The notes under the pieces were generated by a model. That model had not been told where the DNA came from. It saw only the letters and a list, made by a program, of their open reading frames with translations, and did not search any database. This document shows positions 13,357-22,562 of a stretch of DNA of 64,000 nt, in pieces. Origin of the DNA: an uncultured delta proteobacterium (GTDB lineage Bacteria > Desulfobacterota > Binatia > UBA9968); assembly GCA_963847445.1 (NCBI GenBank), contig CAWJZV010000015.1:64001-128000 (forward strand), read 5' to 3'. Each line of letters starts with the position of its first letter. The first letter of the stretch is position 1. The position numbers and the translations under genes were made by a program.

Positions 13357-14310
13357 TTAGCGCGCGCCCGGCAGCATGGAAAAGTCCACCAGCTTTTCCG
13401 GGTCGAGGTCATCGGCTACTGGCCGTTCCTCGCGCAGGAGATTTAGGTAGCCGCGGATTTTCTTCATGTTGATGGCGCCATCGGGGGAGAGGATCGCGAC
13501 CATGGTGTCGTAGGAACGTTCGGCTTCGCCGCTGCTGATCTGGTAGCGCGCCGCGATCATTTTGACCGCTTCGCTGCGGTTGCTCTTCTGCCATTCGATG
13601 GCGTTCATGACCGCGGCGATGGTGCGGCGGATGCGCTCGCGGTTGGCGCGGATCTCTGCTTGCGATGTGAACAGCCCTACATAGGGAATATCGGCCAGGT
13701 CGCCTAAGAAAAGAAACTTCTTGTAGCCCAGGGAAACCGCTTTCTCGTCGAAGGGCGGACTCAATACCGCGCCGGCGACCTGATTGGTCGTCAGAGTCGC
13801 GAAGCTGTTCGAGGTGCCGCCGGTGGTGACCAGGTTAACTTGTTTCTCTTCCAAGCCGAGTTTGCGCAGTCCGGCGCGGGCGAAGTAGTAGGGCGAGGAG
13901 CGAATGTCCGAGATGGCGAGGCGCTTGCCGCTGAGGTCGTGGGGCCTGTTGATGTCTTTAGTCGTCACCAGTACCCATGGGGTGTCGCGATAGAGCGACA
14001 GCACGACGACTAACGGCAAGCCGGCCACCGCGGCATTGATCGCGGATTGCGGTGAAGTGAAGAATTGGATGTTGCCGTTGAGGATCGCCTGTGGGCCTAG
14101 CGCGCTGCGCATCTGGATGTATTCGACGTCGAGCCCGGCTTTGCTGTAGAAGCCTTTTTCTTTGGCGATGTCGAAGGGCAGGGTCGAAACGGCCGAGGAT
14201 GGATAGCCGATGCGCACCTTATTCGAGGGGTCAGCGGCGACGGTCTGTTCGGAAATAGTCACGCTGCCAATCATTACGACCATCAGTAATAAGCGGCTAG
14301 CCTGTACCAT
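13357..14310 (-). CDS. ABC substrate-binding protein (NMT1/SsuA-like)
   Basis: Signal peptide, IAKEKGFYSKAGLDVE, DLSGKRLAIS. Confidence 0.88.
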   Translation of the reverse strand: MVQASRLLLMVVMIGSVTISEQTVAADPSNKVRIGYPSSAVSTLPFDIAKEKGFYSKAGLDVEYIQMRSALGPQAILNGNIQFFTSPQSAINAAVAGLPLVVVLSLYRDTPWVLVTTKDINRPHDLSGKRLAISDIRSSPYYFARAGLRKLGLEEKQVNLVTTGGTSNSFATLTTNQVAGAVLSPPFDEKAVSLGYKKFLFLGDLADIPYVGLFTSQAEIRANRERIRRTIAAVMNAIEWQKSNRSEAVKMIAARYQISSGEAERSYDTMVAILSPDGAINMKKIRGYLNLLREERPVADDLDPEKLVDFSMLPGAR

Positions 14311-14321
14311 CTGCGTTCCGA

Positions 14322-14382
14322 TGTAGGGGCAACCCCCTGTGGTTGCCCGTCCGGAGGGCAGGCACGGGGGCCTGCCCCTACA
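14322..14382. repeat. REP doublet (REPIN) with GTAG termini
   Basis: GTAGGGGCAACC-n6-GGTTGCCC followed by inverted GGGCAGGC-n6-GCCTGCCCCTAC. Confidence 0.85.
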
Positions 14383-14426
14383 AAAATCGGATGCGTGTAA
14401 TGTTCTGACAATTTGACCATGTTCCT

Positions 14427-15560
14427 CTACATCCCCATCATGCCGTAGTAGGTCGCGCAGTTGTCCCAGAGGATCTTGCGTTTGTCTTCATGACCGATGG
14501 GCAGTTCGAGAAAACGTTCGACGGCGCGGGGATACTTGGTGTCGACATGGGGGAAGTCGGTGGAGAAGACCAGCCGTTCATTGCCGAGATAGTCGATGGT
14601 GTATTTCACCGGCTCCTCGTCGCACTCCACCGAGGCGTAGCATTGGCGCTTGAAATAAAAGCTCGGCGGCTGCTGCAACCCCGGCGCCCATTGATCGCCA
14701 TACTGCTCCCAATGTTCGTCCAAGCGCCAGAGCAGAAACGGCAGCCAGCCGCAGTTGCCTTCGAGAAAAGCGACTTTCAATTTCGGGTGGCGATCCAAAA
14801 TGCCGCCGCCGCAAAACGCGCCGACGGCGAGCATCTGTTCGACCGGATGAGCATAGGTGTGGCGCAGCATGAAATCGTAGCCGAAATTGTCGCCTGACTG
14901 GCGCGCCAACGAGTTATTGGCTTCGTGAAAGCCTAGTGGTACGCACAGCTCTTCTAATGCCGACCAGAGCGGTTCGTAGTAGGGCTCATGCCAGTTGTGG
15001 CCGTTGACGATATTGGCGCGCAGAAATATCGCGCGAAAGCCCAACTGCTTGACGCAGCGCTCGGCTTCTTGGACGGCACGGTCGATATCGAATGGCGAGA
15101 TCATGCCGGCGCCGATCATTTTGCCGGGATCGGCTTGGCAAAAATCATAAAGCCAGTCGTTATAGGCGCGGGCAAGCGCCGCGGCGAATTCAGGATCCAG
15201 ATCGGGCACGCTGAGCAGATTCAAGCCGCGGCTGGGATAGAGAATCGCCACATCGATGCCTTCCTCGGCCATGGCGTCGAGCTGAACCTGCGGCGACCAG
15301 CCGCGCTCGTTGTGCGGTTTAAACAGTTTTTGGTTTTTGTGAAAAATATGGCCCGGCGGCGGCAGTGTTCCCGGCGCTGGATCGACGGGACGCCCCCAGG
15401 CTTTGCCATCAGGGCCGACGAGCCGCAGATCGCGCACATGATCGGTCAGGCCCACCGGCGCGCGCTGTTTGAACTTGGCATCCAGGTAGCGCTGCCAGAG
15501 GTCGGCGGGCTCGAGGATGTGCATGTCGCTGTCCAATACTTTGAAGCCGTGCTTGGTCAT
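14427..15560 (-). CDS. Amidohydrolase family 2 protein
   Basis: DSDMH, ARAYNDW, PLGFH, FLEGNCGW, FSTDFPH. Confidence 0.92.
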   Translation of the reverse strand: MTKHGFKVLDSDMHILEPADLWQRYLDAKFKQRAPVGLTDHVRDLRLVGPDGKAWGRPVDPAPGTLPPPGHIFHKNQKLFKPHNERGWSPQVQLDAMAEEGIDVAILYPSRGLNLLSVPDLDPEFAAALARAYNDWLYDFCQADPGKMIGAGMISPFDIDRAVQEAERCVKQLGFRAIFLRANIVNGHNWHEPYYEPLWSALEELCVPLGFHEANNSLARQSGDNFGYDFMLRHTYAHPVEQMLAVGAFCGGGILDRHPKLKVAFLEGNCGWLPFLLWRLDEHWEQYGDQWAPGLQQPPSFYFKRQCYASVECDEEPVKYTIDYLGNERLVFSTDFPHVDTKYPRAVERFLELPIGHEDKRKILWDNCATYYGMMGM

Positions 15561-15575
15561 TAGAACCTCCGAAGA

Positions 15576-15695
15576 TGTTCCAATCGTTCAAAACGTTCCA
15601 ATCGTTCAAGCCGTGGGAATTGCAGGAACAGACGGTTGCAAGCAACCGTCCGAAATACGTATTGAACGAATTGAACGGCTTGAACATTTTGAACG
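15576..15695. repeat. Inverted pair of tandem 9-mer arrays with an internal palindrome
   Basis: (YGTTCMAAN)x4 at 15576-15611; (NNTTGAACR)x4 at 15660-15695; GACGGTTGC-AA-GCAACCGTC at 15631-15650. Confidence 0.9.
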
Positions 15696-15698
15696 CGT

Positions 15699-16647
15699 TC
15701 ATTCCGCCTTCGGATTCGTTGAAATATATCGCGCGGCTTTTTGCGGGTCCACACCTTCGGCGCGGAGCGCGACCTGCGCCGCTTCTTCCTGAAGTTTGAA
15801 CGTCACGGTGTAGGCGGACTTATCGCCCCAGCCGCGATTGATCGCCTTCGATTAGTTTTTGCTCGGCGATGTTCGCCAACGGCAACGACACGTTGAGATC
15901 GCGGCCCAAAGTCGTCGCCAGGCCGACGTCTTTGCGCAGCAGCTTGAGCGGAAAGGTGTCGGTCTCGTAGTCGTCGCGAAACACGTTCTGCGGCACTTGG
16001 CTGTGCAGCACGTGCATGCGCCCGACCATGCCGCGGCGCACGCACTCCCACAGCGCCACAGTGTCAACGCCGGCTTTGACACCGAGGGTGAGCCCTTCGG
16101 CGATGGCTTGAGCGATGGTGCTGTTGATCATTTGATGGACGAGTTTGCAAATACTTCCCGAGCCGAGCGGCCCGGCATGGATCACTTGATCGCCAAAGGC
16201 GTCGAGCACCGGCTTGGCGCGCTCAAAGATTTCTCTGGCGCCGCCGACCATCACTTCGTGAATGCCGCGCGCCGCGCCGGGTTGGCCCGACGCCACCGGT
16301 GCGTCTAACAGATGGGCACCTTTGGCGCGAAATAACGGTTCAAGGTCGCGCAGCAATGACGGCGGGCTAGTCGAGATGTCGATGTAGATGGCGCCGGGAT
16401 TTATTGCTTGGAGAATTTCTCTGGCACCCTTCTCGACGTCATCGGGCATCGGCAAGGCCGTGATTACAATGTCGCTGCGGTCAACAAGCGCGCTAATGGA
16501 GTCGGCGACCGTTGCGCCGCGCTCGCGAAACGGCCGAGTCGCTTCCGCGCGCAGATCGCAAACGATCATCGGAAAACCGGCTCGCTGTATATGTCCCGCA
16601 ACCGGTCCGCCCATGTTGCCCAAGCCTATGAATCCGACGGTTGGCAT
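15699..16647 (-). CDS. NAD(P)-dependent oxidoreductase, 3-hydroxyisobutyrate dehydrogenase family (3' frameshift)
   Basis: VGFIGLGNMG, LDAPVASG, GSGSICKLVHQ; alternate frame ends KLQEEAAQV...PKAE*. Confidence 0.9.
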
Positions 16648-16785
16648 ATTTTACCTCGTTGGTTCTGCTTATCGCAGAAGTGAGATTCGGGTGTCAATGC
16701 GGCGATCATGCGATTTCGGGAAATAATTTTCAGGTTGGTGATAGGGGCGAATTTTGTTAAGAGTTAAGGCTGCGGCGAAAGGAGA

Positions 16786-17778
16786 ATGACTATGGGTCAC
16801 ATGATGAACGGCAAATGGGTCGATGACGACCGGATCAGCGCCGATGTGCGCGGCGCCTTTGTGCGCGCCGATTCGCAGTTTCGCAGCTGGGTCACGCCCG
16901 ATGGCAGCGCCGGCCCTTCCGGCAGCGGCGGTTTCAAAGCCGAGCCGGGACGTTATCATCTGTTTGTTTCGTACAATTGCCCCTGGGCGCACCGGTCGAT
17001 CATCTTTCGTAAGTTGAAGCAGTTGGAAGGCGTGGTTTCGATGTCTCTGGCCGACAAACCCAAGACCGCGGGTTGGGCCTACTCGGAAACCATCGACGAT
17101 TTTCAACCCGAAGCTGACGGCGTGTTTCGGTTGCATCAAGTTTACGCCGCGGCGGATGCCAGCTACACCGGCAAAGTGACGGTGCCGACGCTGTGGGACC
17201 GCGAGCGGCGCACCATCGTCAACAACGAGTCGTCGGAAATCATCCGCATGTTCAACGCCGGTTTTCGCAATCACACGAAGGCCAGCTACGATTTCTATCC
17301 GGAGGCGCTGCGCGGTGAGATCGACAAAATCAATGAACTGGTCTACAGCCATTTCAACAACGGCGTCTATCGCGCCGGCTTCGCGCGCAGCCAGGAAGCC
17401 TACGATGAAGCGGTGAAGAAAGTGTTTGTCTGCTTGGATCAGATGGAAAAGTGGCTGAGCGAGCGGCGCTATCTAGCCGGCGATAGAATCACCGAAGCCG
17501 ACTGGCGCGCCTTTCCGACGCTGCTGCGCTTCGATCCGGTCTACCACGGCCACTTCAAGTGCAATTGGAAACGGGTGCAGGACTATCCGAACTTAACCAA
17601 TTATTTGCGCGAGCTCTACCAGTGGCCGGGGATCAAAGAGACCTTCGATTTACAGAAGACCAAGGCGGGCTACTACAGCCAGCGAAACGTCAACCCGACC
17701 GGTATTGTGCCCATCGGGCCGGACATGAGCCATCTAGAGGCGCCGCATGATCGCGGGCGGTTGCCTGCCGAGGGTTAG
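16786..17778 (+). CDS. yqjG: Glutathionyl-hydroquinone reductase (GST omega/Xi, YqjG-like)
   Basis: GRYHLFVSYNCPWAHR, VTVPTLWD, IVNNESSEIIRM, NNGVYRAGFA, HFKCN. Confidence 0.9.
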   Translation: MTMGHMMNGKWVDDDRISADVRGAFVRADSQFRSWVTPDGSAGPSGSGGFKAEPGRYHLFVSYNCPWAHRSIIFRKLKQLEGVVSMSLADKPKTAGWAYSETIDDFQPEADGVFRLHQVYAAADASYTGKVTVPTLWDRERRTIVNNESSEIIRMFNAGFRNHTKASYDFYPEALRGEIDKINELVYSHFNNGVYRAGFARSQEAYDEAVKKVFVCLDQMEKWLSERRYLAGDRITEADWRAFPTLLRFDPVYHGHFKCNWKRVQDYPNLTNYLRELYQWPGIKETFDLQKTKAGYYSQRNVNPTGIVPIGPDMSHLEAPHDRGRLPAEG

Positions 17779-17784
17779 GATTGT

Positions 17785-17923
17785 CGCCGCAAAGAACGCA
17801 AAGGGCGCAAAGTTAGATTTCTCGCTTCGCTCGAAATGACAAGCCGACAAATGACTGAAGTCATCCGCATTGGGCAAAGAATTCGGCAAATCAGTTTTTG
17901 GGAACTTTGCGTTCTTTGCGGCG
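17785..17923. repeat. Inverted CGCAAAGNN arrays enclosing a second palindromic repeat
   Basis: cgccgcaaagaacgcaaag ... ctttgcgttctttgcggcg; nested agatttctcgcttcgctcgaaatgaca at 17815-17841. Confidence 0.85.
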
Positions 17924-17950
17924 TCCCGTTTGACTCTTCCGTCGCAGCGG

Positions 17951-18373
17951 TTAGATTCGCTTCACGCTCTGCGGCCCGACTTTCTCGATGTTGATGCGGA
18001 TCAGAACGCGTTTTTCGTCGGTCATTTGTTTCTTGTAGTCTTCCCAGTTTTTGTGTTCGCCGCGCACGGTTTTGTACCAATAGATTAGCCCATCCATCGC
18101 TTGCGGTAGGTCTACGACCTCCGCGCTGCCGTGGATCTGGACGAATTTGGAGCCGCTGTATTGTTCGCCGAAGACCAGCATGGAGACGCGCGGGTCGCGG
18201 CGCAGATGTTTGACTTTATAGGTTGTGCCGCGCGAGGTCAGGATGACTCGCCCTTCGGCATCGATACCGGGAGTCACCAGGGTCATTTGCGGCAAGCCGT
18301 CTTTTTGTTTCACGGCGATGCAGGCGCGATGATTGTCTTGCAGGAATTTCTGTGCGGTTGCGACATCCATCAA
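17951..18373 (-). CDS. PPOX-class (putatively F420-dependent) oxidoreductase
   Basis: KQKDGLPQMT, KVKHLRRDPRVSMLV, EKRVLIRI. Confidence 0.85.
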   Translation of the reverse strand: MMDVATAQKFLQDNHRACIAVKQKDGLPQMTLVTPGIDAEGRVILTSRGTTYKVKHLRRDPRVSMLVFGEQYSGSKFVQIHGSAEVVDLPQAMDGLIYWYKTVRGEHKNWEDYKKQMTDEKRVLIRINIEKVGPQSVKRI

Positions 18374-18379
18374 TCCTCC

Positions 18380-18628
18380 TCAGTCTGGTAATCCGTGGCC
18401 GTTCGAACCCGACACTTTGCCGTCGATCCAAAGCTTTGCCAATTCGAAACCGTAGGAATCGGCCTGCTCCTGGCTGTCGAAGGTGGCGTGGCGCCGGCCA
18501 TAGATCGGAATGCGCTTAGGCTTTTGACCGTCGTCGATCACGATGGTGGCGCGTGCCACCCATTCGCCGGCGCGAACTTCTTCGGCGTCGAGTTCGACGC
18601 CGTGGCCTTGGTAGGTTTGGTTACTCAT
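18380..18628 (-). CDS. Small hypothetical protein
   Basis: MSNQTYQGH...FDSQEQADSYGFELAKLWIDG; co-oriented with PPOX gene. Confidence 0.65.
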   Translation of the reverse strand: MSNQTYQGHGVELDAEEVRAGEWVARATIVIDDGQKPKRIPIYGRRHATFDSQEQADSYGFELAKLWIDGKVSGSNGHGLPD

Positions 18629-18719
18629 TAGCTGTAGCAAGTGACTGAAGGATCGACGGCGCAAGGATGCGATTCGCTCCGTCCCGTGGTCCTTCCTTCA
18701 TCCCTTCCGCCTATCTGTA

Positions 18720-19550
18720 TCAGATACTGACTTTGCCGCCATTCAACTTAATTCCCAATGCCGCGAGCGCTTCGACCACCGGAATCTCGGCGCCAAGCGC
18801 TTTGCCGACTTCCGCGGCAAGGGGCAGATCTTTGTCGTAAAGATTAGTGCCGGGATTGAATGTCATTTCGTTGCCGTCAAGTTGGTAGCGGGTGTCCCAA
18901 CGTTCGAGGATATGCGCCGAGCGGGTTTTCTGCATGAGATCGAGAGCGGCTTTGTAGCCGATGCCGCCGGCCTTGGCGATCTGCAGCGCTTCGTAGACGA
19001 CCAAGGCTTCGGAAGCCGTAACCATGTTTTTGAAAAGTTTGGTGACGTTGCCGCAGCCGAGCGGGCCCATGTGCACGGCGTCTTTGGCCATGTTCAACAA
19101 ATGCGGTTTGGCGCGGTCGAACAAAGCTTTTTGTCCGCCGACGAGAAAGGTCAGCCCGCCCTGGCGCACGACGCTCGGCACCGCGGTCATGCAGGCGTCG
19201 ATGACGTTGACGCGCTTGTCGGCGGCGGCTTGGGCGACTTTCTTGGTGGTGGTCGGACGGATCGTGCTGTGGAGCAGGACCAGCGAGCCCGGCGCGGCGC
19301 CTTCGACGACGCCATTTTCACCGAGCATGCAGTCGAGCACTTCTTGATCGGTGCGCACGACGACGTCGATGATGGTGCAGGCTTGGGCGACTTCCTTCGC
19401 CGAGTTCAGCGTCTGGGCGCCCTCGGCGCGCGCCGCTTCCTGCCCTTTGGGCGTGATGTCGAAGCTGACCGCGGAGACGTTGGCCAGTTTCAAACGCGAC
19501 AGCAGCCCGCTGCCCATGGCGCCGGTACCGACAAAGCCGATTTTTTCCAT
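18720..19550 (-). CDS. NAD(P)-dependent oxidoreductase, 3-hydroxyisobutyrate dehydrogenase family
   Basis: MEKIGFVGTGAMG after GGAGG RBS; GPLGCGNVTKL. Confidence 0.88.
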   Translation of the reverse strand: MEKIGFVGTGAMGSGLLSRLKLANVSAVSFDITPKGQEAARAEGAQTLNSAKEVAQACTIIDVVVRTDQEVLDCMLGENGVVEGAAPGSLVLLHSTIRPTTTKKVAQAAADKRVNVIDACMTAVPSVVRQGGLTFLVGGQKALFDRAKPHLLNMAKDAVHMGPLGCGNVTKLFKNMVTASEALVVYEALQIAKAGGIGYKAALDLMQKTRSAHILERWDTRYQLDGNEMTFNPGTNLYDKDLPLAAEVGKALGAEIPVVEALAALGIKLNGGKVSI

Positions 19551-19612
19551 AACGGTTTCCTCCCTAGATTCTAACGTTCGTTCTTGGTCTGTGTCGATTG
19601 CAATCGGGACTT

Positions 19613-19686
19613 TCACCACGAAGATTAGGACGGCCACGAAGGTTCTTGATAGAATATTTTCCGTGGCTCCATGTCCTTTGTGGTGC
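19613..19686. repeat. Degenerate inverted CACCACGAAG-type element
   Basis: caccacgaag...gccacgaag / ttccgtgg...ctttgtggtg. Confidence 0.6.
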
Positions 19687-19708
19687 AACCATCGGGGGCT
19701 CGTAACTG

Positions 19709-20723
19709 CTAGGCGTGTCCCTTTAGCTTCGGTCATGACTGCTTTCTTGAAACAGCTCCACGCGTGCGCAGCGATTCGGCGAGGCTGAGATCGCCGAAGG
19801 CGAATTGTCCGACCAGATAGTTCGCCGCCGATTCATCGAGCTGGGCTTGGAGAAACTGCCGCACGGTTTCCGGCGTGCCGGCGATCGCTTGGCCGATCTC
19901 CATCATTCGATCGAACTCGGGCGAGCGCGGATGGGCCGGCATGCGGCCGCTCAGGTGCGCCAGAAAGTAAAAATTCTTATGCCACACCGGATAGGCACGG
20001 CGGGCGATGTTGAGCGCTTCCTGGTCCGTGTCGGCGATGACGATGAAGCGGCTCAAGCCGAGTTTGCCCGTCGGCTTGGCGCCGTGCAGGGCGCGCCAGA
20101 CTTCACGATACTTGTCGTTGAAGCTGCGCGTGTCCTTGGCCGAATCGAGGCTGATCATGTTTAAACTTTGCTTTGCCGCGCGCTCGGACGGCCTCGACGG
20201 AGTGGACGCCGTACCACATCGGCGGATGGGGCTTTTGCAGCGGCTCGAGCTCCATCGGCACGTCTTTGAACTTGTAATGGTTGCCCTCGTAGTTGAGGAT
20301 TTTTTGCGTCAGTCCCTGAAGGATCAGCTCGCGTCCCTCGGTGTACATCTCTTGCGCCAACGCCGGGTCTTGGCCGTAAAGCGCGTTCTCCGTCGGCGAC
20401 GAGCCGCGGCCGAAACCGATCTCCAACCGTCCGCCGCTCAATTGATCGACCATGCAGATCTCTTCGATCAAGCGCAGCGGATGGTGCAAGGGCAGGGCGT
20501 AAACCATCGGCCCGAAGCGCAGTGTCTTGGTCCGCTGCGCGATGGCGGAAAGAAACACGCTCGGCGACGGCGCCAGGCCGATGGGTGTCGAATGGTGCTC
20601 AGCCAAGTGATAGGCGTAGAAGCCGGCGCGCTCGTAGGCCTCGATCAACTTCAGCCTGGCTTCGTAGTATTCGTTCAGAGGAAGCGCGTTGCGATCCAGA
20701 TGGTCGAAAATGCCGTAATCCAT
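19709..20723 (-). CDS. LLM-class flavin-dependent oxidoreductase (frameshifted; 3' end approximate)
   Basis: AEHHST, HPLRLIEEICMVDQLSGGRLEIGFGRG, PLQKPHPP, GTPETV. Confidence 0.9.
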
Positions 20724-20836
20724 ACCAGGCCGGATATATCGTGAATCGGCGGGAAATCAAAGTCGTTGGGGGAGATTTGTCCAAAACGCGTCAACAATGC
20801 TGTGATCACGCGCGAACGGTGCTATAAAAATATCTT

Positions 20837-20986
20837 ATGGAAAAGCCACCGATCCGAAAAGACTACTTCGAAGCCGAATGCGGTTGCCGGCAGTGGTACG
20901 AGTCCGTGCCGGGCGGTCCGGTGGAAGAGTTAGTGGAGGTTGTCGAATACTGCGAGACCCATGATATCGAGAGCGGCAGCGCTTGA
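20837..20986 (+). CDS. 49-aa small protein with CGC and CxxH motifs (not in ORF track)
   Basis: MEKPPIRKDYFEAECGCRQWYESVPGGPVEELVEVVEYCETHDIESGSA*; TG-C-TATAAA 8 nt upstream. Confidence 0.55.
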   Translation: MEKPPIRKDYFEAECGCRQWYESVPGGPVEELVEVVEYCETHDIESGSA

Positions 20987-21014
20987 ATGGCAACCGATGA
21001 TGCGAGGATCCCAT

Positions 21015-21240
21015 TCACCACGAAGGCACGAAGATCACGAAGTTCGGATGAAATTATCCGAACTCTGCTCGTGTCTTCGAGCACACGGATGCAGGATGAT
21101 CTGCGCACGATAGCGATCTCGTTCCGTATGACGGGAGCCGGTATCCATTCGAGACCCTGTCCTGCATGCTCCGGATGAGGTCAGAGGACGGTTCGGAGTT
21201 TATCATTATCCGAGACTCGTGATCATGACCTTCGTGGTGA
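21015..21240. repeat. Inverted CACGAAG-array element
   Basis: tcaccacgaaggcacgaagatcacgaagttcgga ... tccgagactcgtgatcatgaccttcgtggtga. Confidence 0.75.
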
Positions 21241-21282
21241 GATCGAATTTTATGTCCAGCTGCAAAAGTTCAAAGTGATTCG

Positions 21283-22344
21283 TTAGTGCGCGGCGTGCGC
21301 TTGCTGCTGCCTCGGCACTTCCAATCCGACGATGAACGCCGGGTTCACGGTACACATGGTGTAGATCTCGTCGTCGGTGCAGCCGAAGGCTGACATGTGG
21401 CCGCGCAAGAGCCGCAGCGATTCCACCGAGTTGGGGAATAGCGGTTCGCCGGCGTCGGACGACAGCGTGCAATGTTCGGGGCCGACGGTGCGAATCGCTT
21501 TATACATATTCCCAGGATCGATGCCGAGCAGCGGCGATAGTTCGTCGTAGGTGAAATTCAGCCACAGGCCGGCGGCGCCGGCTTCTTTCATTTCCTCGAT
21601 GGTCAAACTGACGAAGGGGCTAAACGGATGGTCGACGACGCCGCGCGTGAAGCCGATCTTCTGACAGTACTCCGCCATGGCGCGGAACTCCGGCTTGGTC
21701 GGATGGCCGAAGAAGACCGCGGCGTTGTGGTCGTGAGCCATGCGGAAGATCTCTTCGATCTCCGGCAAGAGGCGGCCTTTATCGTCGAGCAGGTAGTGGC
21801 CGTACTTGAGCGAGTCTTCCCAAGACAGCGGTTCGGTGTGCGCTTTCGGATCGGCATTTTTGTCCCAAGCGCTGGGCTTGCCGCCGACGATGTTGAGCGT
21901 GTTTGCCGAGGTGTTGTTGGGCATCCACAAACCTTTGACGCCGGATTTCAGGTTGTTCTCCGACCACGCCGGCTCGATCTTCGAGAGAAAACCTTGGGTG
22001 ACCGAGGCGCCGGCCCAGAGATGTACGGGGGTGTAGCCTTTTTCGGCGCACCACGACTCAAGTGTAGCGCGGATGGCCGCGACCGTTGCCGCCGAATCCT
22101 TGCGGCCGACGATGGTTTTGTAGAGGATGCCCGCCATGCCGCTTTTCGAGGCGAGCTTGGCGACGCCGAGAGCGTCCTGCTGTCCCTCGTGGGCGTGGCA
22201 ATGGATGTCGATGGAATCGTCGACGCCGATCACATAGTCGAGCGATGGATCGACGGGCCCTTGTTTGAAGCCGCGGCGGGCGGGATACGATGTCACCGAG
22301 CGAACCGCGCTCGGCGTAGAATAGTTGGGTCTGGTATCAGCCAT
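21283..22344 (-). CDS. Metal-dependent hydrolase-like protein (DUF6282-like TIM barrel)
   Basis: DIHCH, FFGH, VVDHP, LSSDAG, MCTVNPA. Confidence 0.7.
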   Translation of the reverse strand: MADTRPNYSTPSAVRSVTSYPARRGFKQGPVDPSLDYVIGVDDSIDIHCHAHEGQQDALGVAKLASKSGMAGILYKTIVGRKDSAATVAAIRATLESWCAEKGYTPVHLWAGASVTQGFLSKIEPAWSENNLKSGVKGLWMPNNTSANTLNIVGGKPSAWDKNADPKAHTEPLSWEDSLKYGHYLLDDKGRLLPEIEEIFRMAHDHNAAVFFGHPTKPEFRAMAEYCQKIGFTRGVVDHPFSPFVSLTIEEMKEAGAAGLWLNFTYDELSPLLGIDPGNMYKAIRTVGPEHCTLSSDAGEPLFPNSVESLRLLRGHMSAFGCTDDEIYTMCTVNPAFIVGLEVPRQQQAHAAH

Positions 22345-22445
22345 GGTCAATCCTCCTGATTAACGATTTGATCGGAACATAGCGCTTCCGTCGGTCGCGG
22401 GCAAACTGAATTTAACATTGAAAGAAGATTCGCAAGCGGAGAATT

Positions 22446-22549
22446 GGCCGCAAAGAACGCATAGAACACAAAGGGATGAATTCGGAGTGTACAAGGGGCG
22501 GGTTTGAAACCCGCCATCTTCAAATTGCCTCGTGATCTTCCTGGTGAGA
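22446..22549. repeat. Mosaic of CGCAAAG arm, REP-like palindrome and CTTCGTGGTG-type arm
   Basis: ggccgcaaagaacgcatagaacacaaag; ggggcgggtttgaaacccgcc; ctcgtgatcttcctggtgaga. Confidence 0.7.
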
Positions 22550-22562
22550 CGGTCGCTTCTGT

